Source: Azolla caroliniana
Taxonomy: Eukaryota > Plantae > Polypodiophyta
DNA length: 64,000 bases
Direction of reading: 5' to 3'
Assembly (NCBI GenBank): GCA_043228905.1
Contig: JBHGNT010000008.1
Span: forward strand, 21,328,001-21,392,000
Part shown: positions 14,201 through 25,336 of the stretch, piece after piece
Position numbering within the stretch: position 1 is the first letter of the stretch
Layout: every line of letters begins with the position of its first letter
Made by a program: the position numbers and the translations under genes
The notes under the pieces: model-generated
The model's database searches: none
The model's input: the letters and a program-made list of their open reading frames with translations, nothing else
What the model was told of the DNA's origin: nothing

Positions 14201-16556
14201 CGGAACCGGCCCCGATCCCGAAATGGATTCGGATGAAGAAGAAGAATCGGAAGAACCGGTTACCGAAGCTCCGGAACGGAGATACCCTCTAAGAGAGAGA
14301 AGGGCCCCCCGGAGATTTCCGGAACCAGAGCACGTGTTGCTAACCGACGAGGGGGAGCCGGAGAGCTTTGAAGAAGCGAAGCATGACACCCAGAGCCGCA
14401 GGTGGTTGAGTGCCATGCAGGACGAGATGGATTCCCTGCATGAGAACCACACATATGAACTTGTGGAGTTGCCGAAGGGAAAGCGGGCACTTCGAAACAA
14501 GTGGGTGTTCAAGCTGAAACCGGGAGATGCCGGAAACCCCCCGAGATACAAAGCCAGGATCGTGGTGAAGGGGTTTCAGCAAAAGAAGGGCGTCGACTTC
14601 GACGAGATATTTGCCCCGGTAGTGAAGATGACCTCCATCCGGACGGTGCTGAGCATAGCGGCAAGCATGGACCTCGAGGTAGAACAGATGGACGTGAAGA
14701 CAGCATTCCTTCACGGTGACCTCGAAGAAGAAATCTACATGCAGCAACCGGAAGGATTCGAGAAGAAAGGGAAGGAGCACCTGGTATGCCGGTTGAAGAA
14801 GAGCCTTTACGGACTGAAGCAGGCTCCCCGGCAATGGTACCGGAAGTTCGACTCCTTCATGACCGACGAAGGGTACCTCAAAACGCAGTCCGACCACTGC
14901 GTGTTTGTGAAGAAGTTTGAAGGAGGAGACTTCCTAATACTCCTCCTGTACGTGGACGACATGTTGATCGTCGGACGGGACCAGGTCAAGATACGGATGC
15001 TGAAGAAGGCTCTTCACCGAACCTTCTCAATGAAGGACCTGGGTCCGGCGAGGCAAATACTAGGGATGCACATCATCCGGGACCGGAAGAAGAAGCAGTT
15101 GTGGCTGTCACAGGAGAAGTACGTGACAAAGGTGCTTCAACGGTTCAACATGTCGGAAGCAAGACCGGTCGGATCGACCCTCCCGGCAAACTGCAAGCTG
15201 ACCAGCAAGCAAAGTCCCAAGACAAAGGCTGAAAAGGAGGATATGATGGAAGTGCCGTATGCCTCAGCCGTCGGGAGCTTGATGTACGCCATGGTGTGTA
15301 CGAGACCGGACATAGGATATGCAGTCGGAGTGGTGAGCCGGTACATGAGCAATCCCGGCAAAGAGCACTGGAACGCGGTCAAGTGGATACTCCGATACCT
15401 GAAGGGCACGGCAAACGTGTGCCTCCGATTCGGCTCCGGTAAGCCCGAACTCGAAGGCTTTATTGATTCTGATATGTCGGCTGATGCAGATACCAGCCGG
15501 TCCACATCAGGGTATGTGATGACGTATGCAGGGGGAGCTGTTTCGTGGCAGTCGAGGCTGCAGAAGACGGTTGCGTTGTCAACCACGGAGGCGGAGTACA
15601 TGGCGGCTGTTGAAGCCGGCAAGGAGATAATATGGATGAAGGACTTCATTAGAGAGCTCGGTATCCGGCAAGAGGAGTACCGACTCTACTGCGACAGTCA
15701 GAGTGCCATCCACCTTGCGAAGAACGCAGCCTATCACTCCCGGACGAAGCACATCCAGCGAAGATATCACTGGATCCGGGAAAGGATAGAAGACAAGGAG
15801 TTCATGCTGACGAAGATCCACACCGACGAGAACGGGTCGGATATGCTGACCAAGGTGCTCACACCCGACAAGCTGGAAGCATGCCGGAAGAGGATCGGAT
15901 TGGAAAGACATCCCATGCCGAAGTGAAGGGGGAGTTTGTTGGGATTTCGGTCCCTTTCGGATGGGATGGTCGGATATCGGAGATGGATGCCGACAAGCCC
16001 GGTTTCGGTTTCGGATCCGGATGACGAAGACCCCGGCCTCGGTGCCGGATGACGAATGTACCCGGAGAGCGATCCGGATGCAGGGACATATCCGTGAATA
16101 TGTTTGCTACGAGCCCCCTGAGGCTATAGTTGTAAATAGCCCAAAGTCATATAAGTATAAATATGACTTAGGGCAAACAGTTTTTCTGTTGCTTCTCATT
16201 TTTCTGTTTTTCCAGTTTAGAGGAGTGAAGAGAGAGCAGCCGTGAGAGAGAGAAAGAGAGAGAGCGCGAGAGAGAAAGAGGTAGACGCCTCTGTGTATTT
16301 CCGCCGCCTGTGGCGAGGACAGCGAGCTCAAGGTCGTCGCCTTGGAGCTCGTCATTGTATACTTCTCTGTATAGTGTTGTTTGGAGTCTTGTACTCCCGT
16401 GGTTTTTCCCCGTTTAGGGTTTTCCACGTTAATCCTTGTGTACTCGCGTTTCTTCGTTTTGTTTCTACGTGTGTTTCCTATTTTCTGCTCCATTGATCCG
16501 CGATTAATCGGTTGTGGCCGAGATAAGAAGGTGGATAGAAGGGCCTATTCCTTACA
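11201..16556 (+). mobile_element. Full-length young Ty1/copia element #1 (Tork/TAR, Tnt1/Tto1-like)
   Basis: 620-bp LTRs (11201-11820, 15937-16556), TG..CA, about 3 differences. 5-bp TSD ataac. PBS tggtatcagagc (tRNA-iMet) at 11824. PPT gaagggggag. Confidence 0.98.
11850..15926 (+). CDS. Intact copia Gag-Pol polyprotein (gag, CCHC, PR, INT, RT, RNase H)
   Basis: Uninterrupted ORF with CFHCGKPGHFRKNC, VVDSGAS, WHKRLCH..CTDC, FIDDHSR/ADNGGEY/LAERMN, LYVDDML, YCDSQSAIHL. First ATG after the PBS is at 11850. Confidence 0.97.
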   Translation: MEGGGSGQPMMMVLNAQNYADWKIKMEDLLIVRDLYEPIDRSEIPKGVLESEWKLLNRKAVATIRQYVDVSVLQHVANDTNAYEMWKKLSGLYERKNALNRTSLMRKIVNLKYRDGESMVEHVSTFMGFVNQLAAIKFPLEDAMQAIILMCTLPESWENLVVTLSTSCTEDNLSLQTVKTSILNEEARRRDKEPASDPKMLFTESDRGRQWNRSPQRREKSGTRSQSRGRPTCFHCGKPGHFRKNCRHYRKDNGADDTDSKKSPERNGAYRGATDRRGSDRRGQDRKGTTALAASEEEIMLITEEGELNVAGDETTWVVDSGASFHLTPERRYFSSYTAGEHGCVRMGNEGTCRIAGIGDVWLTTPTGCKMLLKDVRHVPEVRLNLISAGRLDDEGYTGSIRNGVMKFSKGSLIVVRARKVNTLYLMNARLCPEELNVAADTAGELWHKRLCHMSEKGMKRLAEDNLIPVKHVHLEKCTDCLAGKQNRTSFHSRPPTRRSAPLELVHTDVCQVETKSHGGAQYFVTFIDDHSRKLWTAPLKTKDQVLSVFKELHARVERESGKKLKAIRADNGGEYRGQFQEYCRSKGIRLEFTVPKTPELNGLAERMNRTIMERVRSMLAHAKLPKGFWAEAMSTATYVINRSPSVPLDGDTPQRVWTGKEVSYRHLKVFGCLAYVHVAKDRRGKLDPKTRPCIFLGYGDDEFGYRVWDPVDKKIFRSRDIIFMENKTLADWESEKKMKSSKSTGEDQLYEEQSRPARDRLALEDPAEDSEETEPAEEDENDTGTGPDPEMDSDEEEESEEPVTEAPERRYPLRERRAPRRFPEPEHVLLTDEGEPESFEEAKHDTQSRRWLSAMQDEMDSLHENHTYELVELPKGKRALRNKWVFKLKPGDAGNPPRYKARIVVKGFQQKKGVDFDEIFAPVVKMTSIRTVLSIAASMDLEVEQMDVKTAFLHGDLEEEIYMQQPEGFEKKGKEHLVCRLKKSLYGLKQAPRQWYRKFDSFMTDEGYLKTQSDHCVFVKKFEGGDFLILLLYVDDMLIVGRDQVKIRMLKKALHRTFSMKDLGPARQILGMHIIRDRKKKQLWLSQEKYVTKVLQRFNMSEARPVGSTLPANCKLTSKQSPKTKAEKEDMMEVPYASAVGSLMYAMVCTRPDIGYAVGVVSRYMSNPGKEHWNAVKWILRYLKGTANVCLRFGSGKPELEGFIDSDMSADADTSRSTSGYVMTYAGGAVSWQSRLQKTVALSTTEAEYMAAVEAGKEIIWMKDFIRELGIRQEEYRLYCDSQSAIHLAKNAAYHSRTKHIQRRYHWIRERIEDKEFMLTKIHTDENGSDMLTKVLTPDKLEACRKRIGLERHPMPK

Positions 16557-18443
16557 ATAACTTCTAGAGATTAACTCCAAAGGTTTTGCAACACCAAAAT
16601 GTCCCGCAGGGCGTCATCATGGCATTCCTTCATGATACGGATACGACAAGGACCATCTAGGACATACATTAAGTTGTTCCAAAAAAGAAAACCATCTCGA
16701 AACATAAATTGGTCTTGACTATTCCGTGCCTCCTTTATGGTTGATTTGTTGACTCGATTCTCCTTAATTTCTTTTGCAAATTTGTCGGTGGCAGTATCTA
16801 TGGCTATTGTGTTGAGTAATGATTCATCCGCACCCATATAAGCTGCAAAGAGCTGAATCTGATGTGGCTATAGGAGACAACATGATTGTTGATTGTAGGT
16901 CTCATCTCCTGGTCGGATTTCGAATTTGGAACACCAAGATTGGGCATCGGCTTTACCATGTTGGGCACCAGGACCAAAAACAATTTCAAAGTTGTAATAA
17001 GCCAGGAAGGTCGACCATCGCATTTGCCTCTAGTTCAAAATGAGAGTAGTGGTGAAGTAGACAAGGTTCCTATGATCGGTCACCACCTGGACACGGTGTT
17101 GGGCACCTGCTAAGTAAGGATGCCATTCTTCAAAGGCTGCAATAATGGCAAAGATTTCTTTGTCATTAACAGGGTAGTTGATCTCGGGAGGTGTGAACTT
17201 CCGAGAATAAAAGGCAATAGGATGAAGAATCCCATTGTTATCTGATTGAGAGAGAATGACATTGATGGCGAAGTTAGACGCATCAGTTTCGATTGTAAAT
17301 GGTTTGGTCAAATCTGGGTGTAGAAGTACCAGAGCGAGGTAAAAGCTTTCTTTAGTGTCTCGAATGCTAGTTGGGTTGTAGGAGGCCAGCAAAAAGGGGA
17401 ATCCTTCCGAGTGAGTGCTATAAGTGGTTGCGCCAATGTAGAGAATCCTTGAATGAATCGACGATAGAAGTTGGCAAAACCCAAAAATGATTGCACATCT
17501 TGACCCTGGTGGGGACTTCCCACTCTTGAACCATTTCGACTTTCTTCTCGTCCATAGTGAGACCATCAGATGAAATGACATACCCGAGGAATTCAACTGA
17601 GGTTCGATCAAACTCACACTTCTCAGGTTTCGCATAAAGTCCATGTTCCCAAAGTTTGGACAAGATAAGTCGAACATGCTTGGTGTGCTCTATGTAGTCC
17701 TGTGAGAAGATAAGTATGTTGTCGAGATACATGACCACAAAATTGGTCTAGATATTCTCGGAAGATGTCATTCATCATATGCTAGAAAACGGCAGGAGCA
17801 TTTGTGAGACCAAATGGGATTACCATGTATTCAAAATGCCCATACCTAGTTCGAAATGTTGTTTTCCACTCATCTCCAGGCTTGATACGCACCAAGTTGT
17901 AGGTGCCTCTGAGATCGTTTTGGAGAATATACGCCCAGTCCGAAGTTGGTCGCGGAGTTTGGGGATTAGAGGTAGTGGATAGCGGTTTTGAACCGTGACT
18001 CGATTGAGCCCGCAATAGTTGATACATAGGCGTAACGTTCCATCTTTTTTTTTGACAAATAGAATAGGAGAGTGAGCATGAGATTTTGAGTGGTGAATGA
18101 AACCATTTGCGAGATTCTCTTCAATGTATATTTTGAGGGTCTTGAGTTCAGGTTCAGATAACCCATAGATAGCGAACATCGATAGTTAGTTCCGTGTCGG
18201 CCTCAAAAATAGTTCCAACTCTTGCTCGGGTAAGCGATACAGTGCTGATTGCATCCATTTCTAATTCTACGGACATGGCGGTCATGTCCACTCCTGATAT
18301 TACTCTATGTACTAGCTCTTTTCCATCAAAATACAATGATTCTTTGATGTATTTGAGAAGAAAAATGTTCATCGCCTGCCTGAACATCGCCCATACGATT
18401 GTCCAATTTACTTGAAAGATGGTGCTTGTCCTCCATTTGCTAT

Positions 18444-18670
18444 TGGAGCAACCGTTGACATGGTTCTCACTGAAGAGGAAATGGGAGTGACCAATAACTT
18501 GGTCCTCACCGGAGCAGAAACATGAGTGGGAGTGACCATTGACGTTGTCCTCACAGGAGCAGAAACTGGAATCGGAGCAACCATTGATGTGGTTCTGACT
18601 AGAGCAGAAATTGGACTTGTCCCCAAAACATGAGTGGGAGCAACCGTAGACATGGTCCTCACCGGATAAG
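18444..18670 (-). repeat. Imperfect 45-bp tandem repeat (S/T/P-rich linker between PR and RT)
   Basis: 'gagcagaaa' recurs at 18512, 18557 and 18602; translates to RTTSMVAPIPVSAPV-like units. Confidence 0.8.
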
Positions 18671-19729
18671 GTGGGCAAACAAAAGGAGGAGCATTGGCTC
18701 GAAGAAGGGTGGACGTAATCCCTTATAAGTGAAAATTCGAGGTGAAGTTGATGGAGCGAGATCGACAATCCACAACTGGATTGTGATTCTCGAGCCATGA
18801 TAACCCCATGATGATAGGATGTGAAGGTGATGTGATGAGGTTTAAAGTGATTTCTTCCTGGTGGGCTCCTATGTGGATACCCAAGGGAATTGTTGTATCT
18901 GTGATGGCACCAGAAGAGAGCGTTCGACCATCGATCACTTCAACTGGAATCCGGACGGTTATTTTGTTAATTGGAATGTTGTGTTTCCGTTCAAACATGA
19001 TGCCAATAAAGCACGACGTTGTCGTAGTGTACTTTGTACCCTACGTAAAATATGTGTGCAGTACCCGATTGACTATGTATAAAGAAATAGGAGAAAATAC
19101 TACAATAATTATGTTACATGCATAGGGTAGGATTTGAACCCTGCACCTCCATGTTAACGATTTTAAGCCTTACCATTGTACTAGCATATTATGAGTTTCA
19201 AACTTATACTAAACTTTATCCCATGTAAATATTCTAGATAAGCATGATAGAAAAAGTTTTTCATGCATACGCACTCGAGTTAAATGAAAAGATGTGATAG
19301 AAACCTAATCATGCACATGTAGTGTGCATGAAAACTAAAGTTAGAAAAGGCATGATGCTTGCATGTGGTAAACTTAGAATCTTCCATCACTATATGAGGA
19401 AGAGAGAAAGATGTATATTGTTGTTGATTTTTTATAAGGGTTGATTAATATATTATATTTGTGGGATTCACGAATTTGCCATATATTTCTCTCTTGCAAT
19501 CTAAATTCATATTTCTTCCTAAACATTAATTAATACACTATACTCATGGGATTCACGAGTTTCATATCTTTCTTTCTTATAATTTATTCATATTCATAAC
19601 TAAACTCGTCTCAAATTCTTTCTCCTCCTAGTCCAAAACCACGACGATTCCCACCCGACTCACGCAATGATTTGGCGCCAAAAGCCACGACACATTTGGT
19701 GAACCCGACGTGAAAACCGGTGGCAAGGA

Positions 19730-22700
19730 GATGGAAAATCAACAAGAGCCACGCCAAAAGCCGCATTTGCTATCGAGGACTCTTCCAAGGAAACGCGGAG
19801 GGGATTCGAAGATTGGGTGGAAACGCCGAACAAGGGGCTGAAGGTCCCCGATGTGTTTTCAGTATTCGAAAGTCCTTTCGGGAGGTTGTCCGCGAGAGAT
19901 CAAGCTATCCTCGCACCGGACAAAGTGATCATGTTCTTACAAGCCATGGACATCCAGGACCAGAAAGACCTTGGAGTGCTTCTAGAGGACACGACTATTG
20001 AGAGTGGTCTCACCGATACATCGGAAAACGTGTGGGACATTGTCGCGTGATACACAAAAAGGGGCAATGGCTTGCTAATGAAGAAAAGAGGGTTTCAAAA
20101 ACACTTATGAAACCAAGATCCGGATTGGAAGACCATCAACCATGGGCTCGGGATACTACGACCGAGAAGGGAATCGATGCAACCGCAGTGGAGCAGTTGC
20201 TGAAGGAGATGGAGAATTTGAAAATCGCAGTGGTGAAGAAGTCAGAAGACTGTCCCACAAGTTCCAAGTATATGTGTGATAGCATTGAACATGATTGGAA
20301 GGATTGCGATGAGCACAAGGAGGCACTACGACGGGATCTTATCTACTACGAGGGAAATCATATTCATTCGATGGACTCTCGGAAGCCACTCCGGCCGAAC
20401 TTCCGAAAAGGCGGCATGAAGAAGGTCCTAGAGGAGGAGATAGCGGCAAAAAGAAATTATGCGACAACCATTGGAATACGTGTGGGGGAGTCATCTGGAG
20501 CAAAGGCATCTTTTTGGCCGGAAGTGCTAGAAATCTTGGAGAAAGCCGACTTTGATGAAATCCAGAGCACCGCGGAAGGCATTCAAGAAGCTATAGGATG
20601 GGAGTGCCTCGTAGATAAGAATAGCATACATGTGTTATGTCAATTGCATGAGGTGTATGTAGATGAGAAACGATGGCGCACAGATGATGCGACCGGGCCA
20701 TCAAAGACACCGAAGTGCTAGAACTCCGAAGGGAAGGGGAAAGGAAAAAAAATTCCGACATTCAAACTCGCTTCGGACATCGAACAACGGACGGACCTAA
20801 AGAAGGTGTTCGAAGAGAGAATCCTTGATAGTGAAGAAGGAGTTTCACGATCTTCTTGTGGATCTCGTAAAAAGAAAGAGACAAACTACGAAGGAAAATG
20901 CTCAAAGGGTGAATGTGAATACTGTTGTAATGAACGACACGGAAGTGGAGGATGAAATTCCGAACTCCCACTACACAAGGCCACATTGGGCACGTGCAAC
21001 TACGGAGACTCCGGTCCGAATCGGAAACAGGTTGATCACAGGTTAGAGATTAATTTGATGTCCAAGGAGTTCTACCAAAAGGGGAAGTGGCCTATAAACA
21101 CCAGCCATGGATGGAAGATCCAGGCAGCCACAAAAGCCACAGAAGATCTATTTGCGGCTTGTCCGGATGTGACAGTGAAGATTGGAGATGTGGAGATTGA
21201 CGAAAATTTCTTCATTCAAGATGAGGTCTCACATTCCGTGATCCTCGGGAAACCCTTTATCATGGGTTCACGGATGGAGACAAAGATGCTCAATAGTGAA
21301 GCGGCTTTTGCACAAATTCGGAGCCAAACCGGAGGGAAAACCGTCCAATTCCTAACTGTGCCATCAAATCACGAAAAGAACAAGAGAGAGCTCTTGTCCC
21401 AAACAAAAATGGATTTTTAAATTAGACTGTTGCGGAGTGGGGAAGTGATAATCCGAGAAGCCTTGATACCCCACACAGGAAGAAAATTCTCAGAGCAAAA
21501 CAAGTACGAATAGGTTCGGATAGAGCATCTACATACACAGCCATATCCGGAGTAATGAAGAAAGATTTCCGAAAGGTGCAAGATAAGTTATGGTCTGCAT
21601 CAATCATAAAAGAAGACGAACAAATCGTGGGAGTAGTCAGGGAGCTTGTGGAAGAGAATAGTCAGGGAGACTGGGTAGTCCCGATGGAATCGGTCGAGAT
21701 GTACGAGATCATTGCAAAAATGGGACCGGATGCGCTCCGCAAAGAAGAAGCAATGGTATGTACAAAATATAAGATCGTGGAAAAGAAGGTGAAACCATCC
21801 ACGGGACCGCTACCCACCAATAGTGAACAAATGAGGAAAGAAGTCTCGAGAGATCCAACACTTCGGATGCCTTCACGAATGAGACCCAGAAGAAACTTCT
21901 GATCGGTGGAGGTGGGTTCCTCTTACAGAACAAAGAAGAACGATTTCGTGAGATGCTAGAGCAACATGGAAAAGCATTCGCATTCACATCAAGAGAGATA
22001 GGGTGCGTTGATCCGAAGATAGTAAAACAGATAATGATCTTCTCGATTGATCATGTGTCGTGGAACCTGAAGCCGATTCCAGTGCCACAGACGCATATTC
22101 CGAAAATCATTGACTTGCTCAAGGAGAAGGTGGTGATGGGGATTCTAGAGCCATCAAACGCTCCATACTCAAATCGATGGTTTACGGTTCCTAAGAAGAA
22201 TGGTTCACCTTGATTCATTCAAGATTTGGAACCGGTGAACAAGGTCACGATCCGGAACTCCGGAGTCGGTTCAATAGTGAACGAATTTGCGGAAGTGTTT
22301 GCCGGACGCGCGATATACTCCATCGAAGACCTATACTCTGGGTATGACCAATTCCAACTAGCTGTGGAGAGCCAAGATATCACTACAATGCAAACACCGA
22401 TAGGATTAGTCTAGATGTGCACGCTACCACAAGGAGCGATAAACTCGGTCACACATATGATGAATGAAATGAACAAGGTGCTCCAAGACTATATTCCGGA
22501 GATAACAATGCCATTCCTAGATGACATGCCGATGAAAGGATGTGCGGTGGAAGAAAAAGATGAGACTATGGATGATCGAGGATGCTGAAAGTTCATAGTT
22601 GACCATATTCGTGACTGCGAGAAAGTGCTACAGAAGTTAGAAGATGTGCACCTAACACTCTCCAAAGAGAAATTGGCATTCGAACAAGAAGAGATATTGG

Positions 22701-24830
22701 TAGTCGAACATCTACGTGGGCCCTACGGCCGAAGACCGTCACCAGTCAAGATCGATGTGATTCAAGCTATCAAAGAAATATGCAAGTCACAATCTGAAGT
22801 CCGTAGATTTCTTGGTGCATGTGCATTTTATCACATATGGATTCCGCACTATGCACACATTGCGGACCCACTCTATCACTTGCTGTGGAAGGGTAAGAAG
22901 TTCGAATGGAGGCCGGAACATACCAAACCCATGAAGAAGCTCAAGGACACACTATGGAGGGTAGAAGCACTTAAGAAACGGAACTATGACCGACCAATCA
23001 TAGTAACGGTTGATACAAGTCCAACCGGGATCGAATGGGTCATCAACCAAGTTGACTCGGATGGTTCACGATATCCGATCTGATTCGGAGCAAAAGTTCT
23101 CAACGAAAGGGAACACGGATATGGAGAAGTTAAAAGAGAATTATGGGGAGTTGTGTCAGCGATAAAATCAAATCTAGATTGTTTGATCGGAGCCGAAGTA
23201 GTGATCGAAACGGATTGTCTTCCAACACTCGGGATGATGCGGTGTTGTACGATACCGAATATGGCTATGCTAAGATGGATTGCATATGTAAAGTCGCTTC
23301 ATCCGGAGGTACGACACATCTCCGGAAAAGACAACACGGTAGCGGATTCAGAGACGAAATAGCTGAATCTGATAATGAAGAAGTTTCCGAAAATTACTTT
23401 ACATCAGAGCACAAATGTCGAATACAAGGGAGAAAGCCTAATGATCGGGACGGTGCTACAAGAAATCAAGGAATCATCAGACAATATGGAAAAAAGAGCT
23501 GAGATCCGAAGTAAGAAGTGGCAAGTTCGGAAGTTCTTCTTGAACAATGGATTAATCTGGATGGAACCGAAAAGACCAGATGGCATACCACTACGGGTAG
23601 TCGGAACAAAAGAGCAACAAAATCGAATAATATCTGAATTTCACAAATCCGATTGGGCTGGATATTGGAGAACATGGGCAACATTTGCGAAGATCAAGCA
23701 TAAGTATTGGTGGAAGAATATGTACAAAGATGTAGCGGAGTTCACGGGAAGCTGTGATAAATGCCAAATCTACGCCGGAGTTCGACACCAAGATGAATTA
23801 CATCCGGCATTCTCACCGACCATCAACTTCAAATGGATGGTTGACATTGTGGCCATGCCAACCGGGATCGGACAAAAGAAGTACTTGGTATTAGCTCGGG
23901 AAGATCTAACGAACCAAGTAGAAGGTCGGGCGCTACGGAGGAAGACATGTTCTGCAGTATGCCAAATTCTCTTGGAAGAAGTGTTCTGTAGGTACAGGTG
24001 CATAGGACAAGTGATTGTGGATCGGGGAGAACTTGACTTTGATAAAGCTAGGGAATTCTTCACCAAACATGAAGTAGAGTTAACATTAACCATGGCATAC
24101 AATCCGAAAACCAACGGGAAGATCGAACGAGGACATAGTCCAATCGTTGAAGCACTTGCAAAAGCATGCAACGGAAGGGTGAAGAATTGGCCGCAGATGC
24201 TTCCGTATGCACTATGGGCAGATTGCACAACGCATAGTTCCCTGACCGATTATATGCCAGCGGAACTTATGACCGGCCAACCATCGGTAATGCCGGCGGA
24301 AACCGCAATTGCGACATGGACAATGTTGTTGTGGAAGGAAGAGATGAGCCAGGAAGAAATATTAGTGGTTCGGATACGACAACTAGAGAGAAGACCGGAA
24401 GACATAGGGGAAGCAATAAGCCGACAACAAGCACGGTTCTAGAACAAAAGGCGATTCGACACGAAGCACCGTCTATGACAATGGAAGATTGAAGAAGGAG
24501 ATTGGGTGATAGTCTATGATAGTAGTTTGGATCATAACACACAACGATCTAGAAATTCGCTAAAAGGTGGTTCGGACCATAAGAAGTTTGAAAAGTTCTT
24601 GACAACGGAACAAACCAACTAAGTGAGTTCGATGGAACGTCACTACGGGTGCCTATAGCGGGGAAACGGGTGAAGATTTTCAAGAAGCGAACTGAACACG
24701 AACCCTGCGTCACCTTAGACAAGACCGTTAGCGAGGAGCAATTGGACAAAGATCACGGTGGTGTAGAAAGCGAGGAAAGTGAGTTGGATTTAATAATCGA
24801 CATAGGGGAACACAAAGGGTGCTTCAGATG
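19730..24830 (+). pseudogene. gag-pol of element A (many stops and frameshifts)
   Basis: gag (DKVIMFLQ, GLTD), PR-like (EINLMSKEFY, VILGKPF), RT (PSNAPYSNRWFTVPKKNG, DLYSGYDQFQL, FLDD), RH (VTVDTSPTG, IETDCLP), INT (KYWWKNMYKDV..C..C, VDIVAMP, NGKIERGH). Confidence 0.92.
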
Positions 24831-25336
24831 AAGAAGAGTAATAAGCAAGTTCCAGAAACTTTGGCACATACCGGAGGATGTGCAGGTTCGGAGGGGGTGA
24901 GTGCAGTAGTGTACTTTGTACCCTACATAAAATATGTGTGGAGTACCCGATTGACTAAGTATAAAGAAATAGGAGAAAATACTACAATAATTATGTTACA
25001 TGCATAGGGTAGGATTTGAACCCTATACCTCCATGTTAACGATTTTAAGCCTTACCATTGTACTAGCATATTATGAGTTTTAAACTTATACTAAACTTTA
25101 TCCCATGTAAATATTCTAGATAAGCATGATAGAAAAAGTTTTTCATGCATACGCACTCGAGTTAAATGAAAAGATGTGATAGAAACCTAATCATGCACAT
25201 GTAGTGTGCATGAAAACTAAAGCTAGAAAAGGCATGATGCTTGCATGTGGTAAACTTAGACTCTTCCATCACTATATAAGGAAGAGAGAAAGATATATAT
25301 TCTTGTTGATTTTTTTATAAGGGTTGATTAATATAT

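Larger units (their letters stand above)
10345..19019 (-). pseudogene. Decayed Ty3/gypsy pol (Tcn1/Tf2-like chromovirus type): PR-RT-RH-INT, interrupted by Copia #1
   Basis: PR (IPVEVIDGRTLSSG, IIMGLSWLENHNP), RT ([45 protein letters not shown]), RH (TIETDASNFA, VVTDHRNL), INT ([28 protein letters not shown]), ending in KLDYKKLGPF at ~10350. No LTR or chromodomain seen. The upstream part probably continues at 31349-31629 and just past 37400. Confidence 0.88.

Noticed and set aside
11829-16496. Antisense/overlapping ORFs in the Copia elements and LTR ORFs
   Set aside because: Expected shadows of GC-rich coding sequence; they recur only because the elements are duplicated.
19697-19714. tRNA gene
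   Set aside because: Only the ~18-nt primer-binding complement is present.
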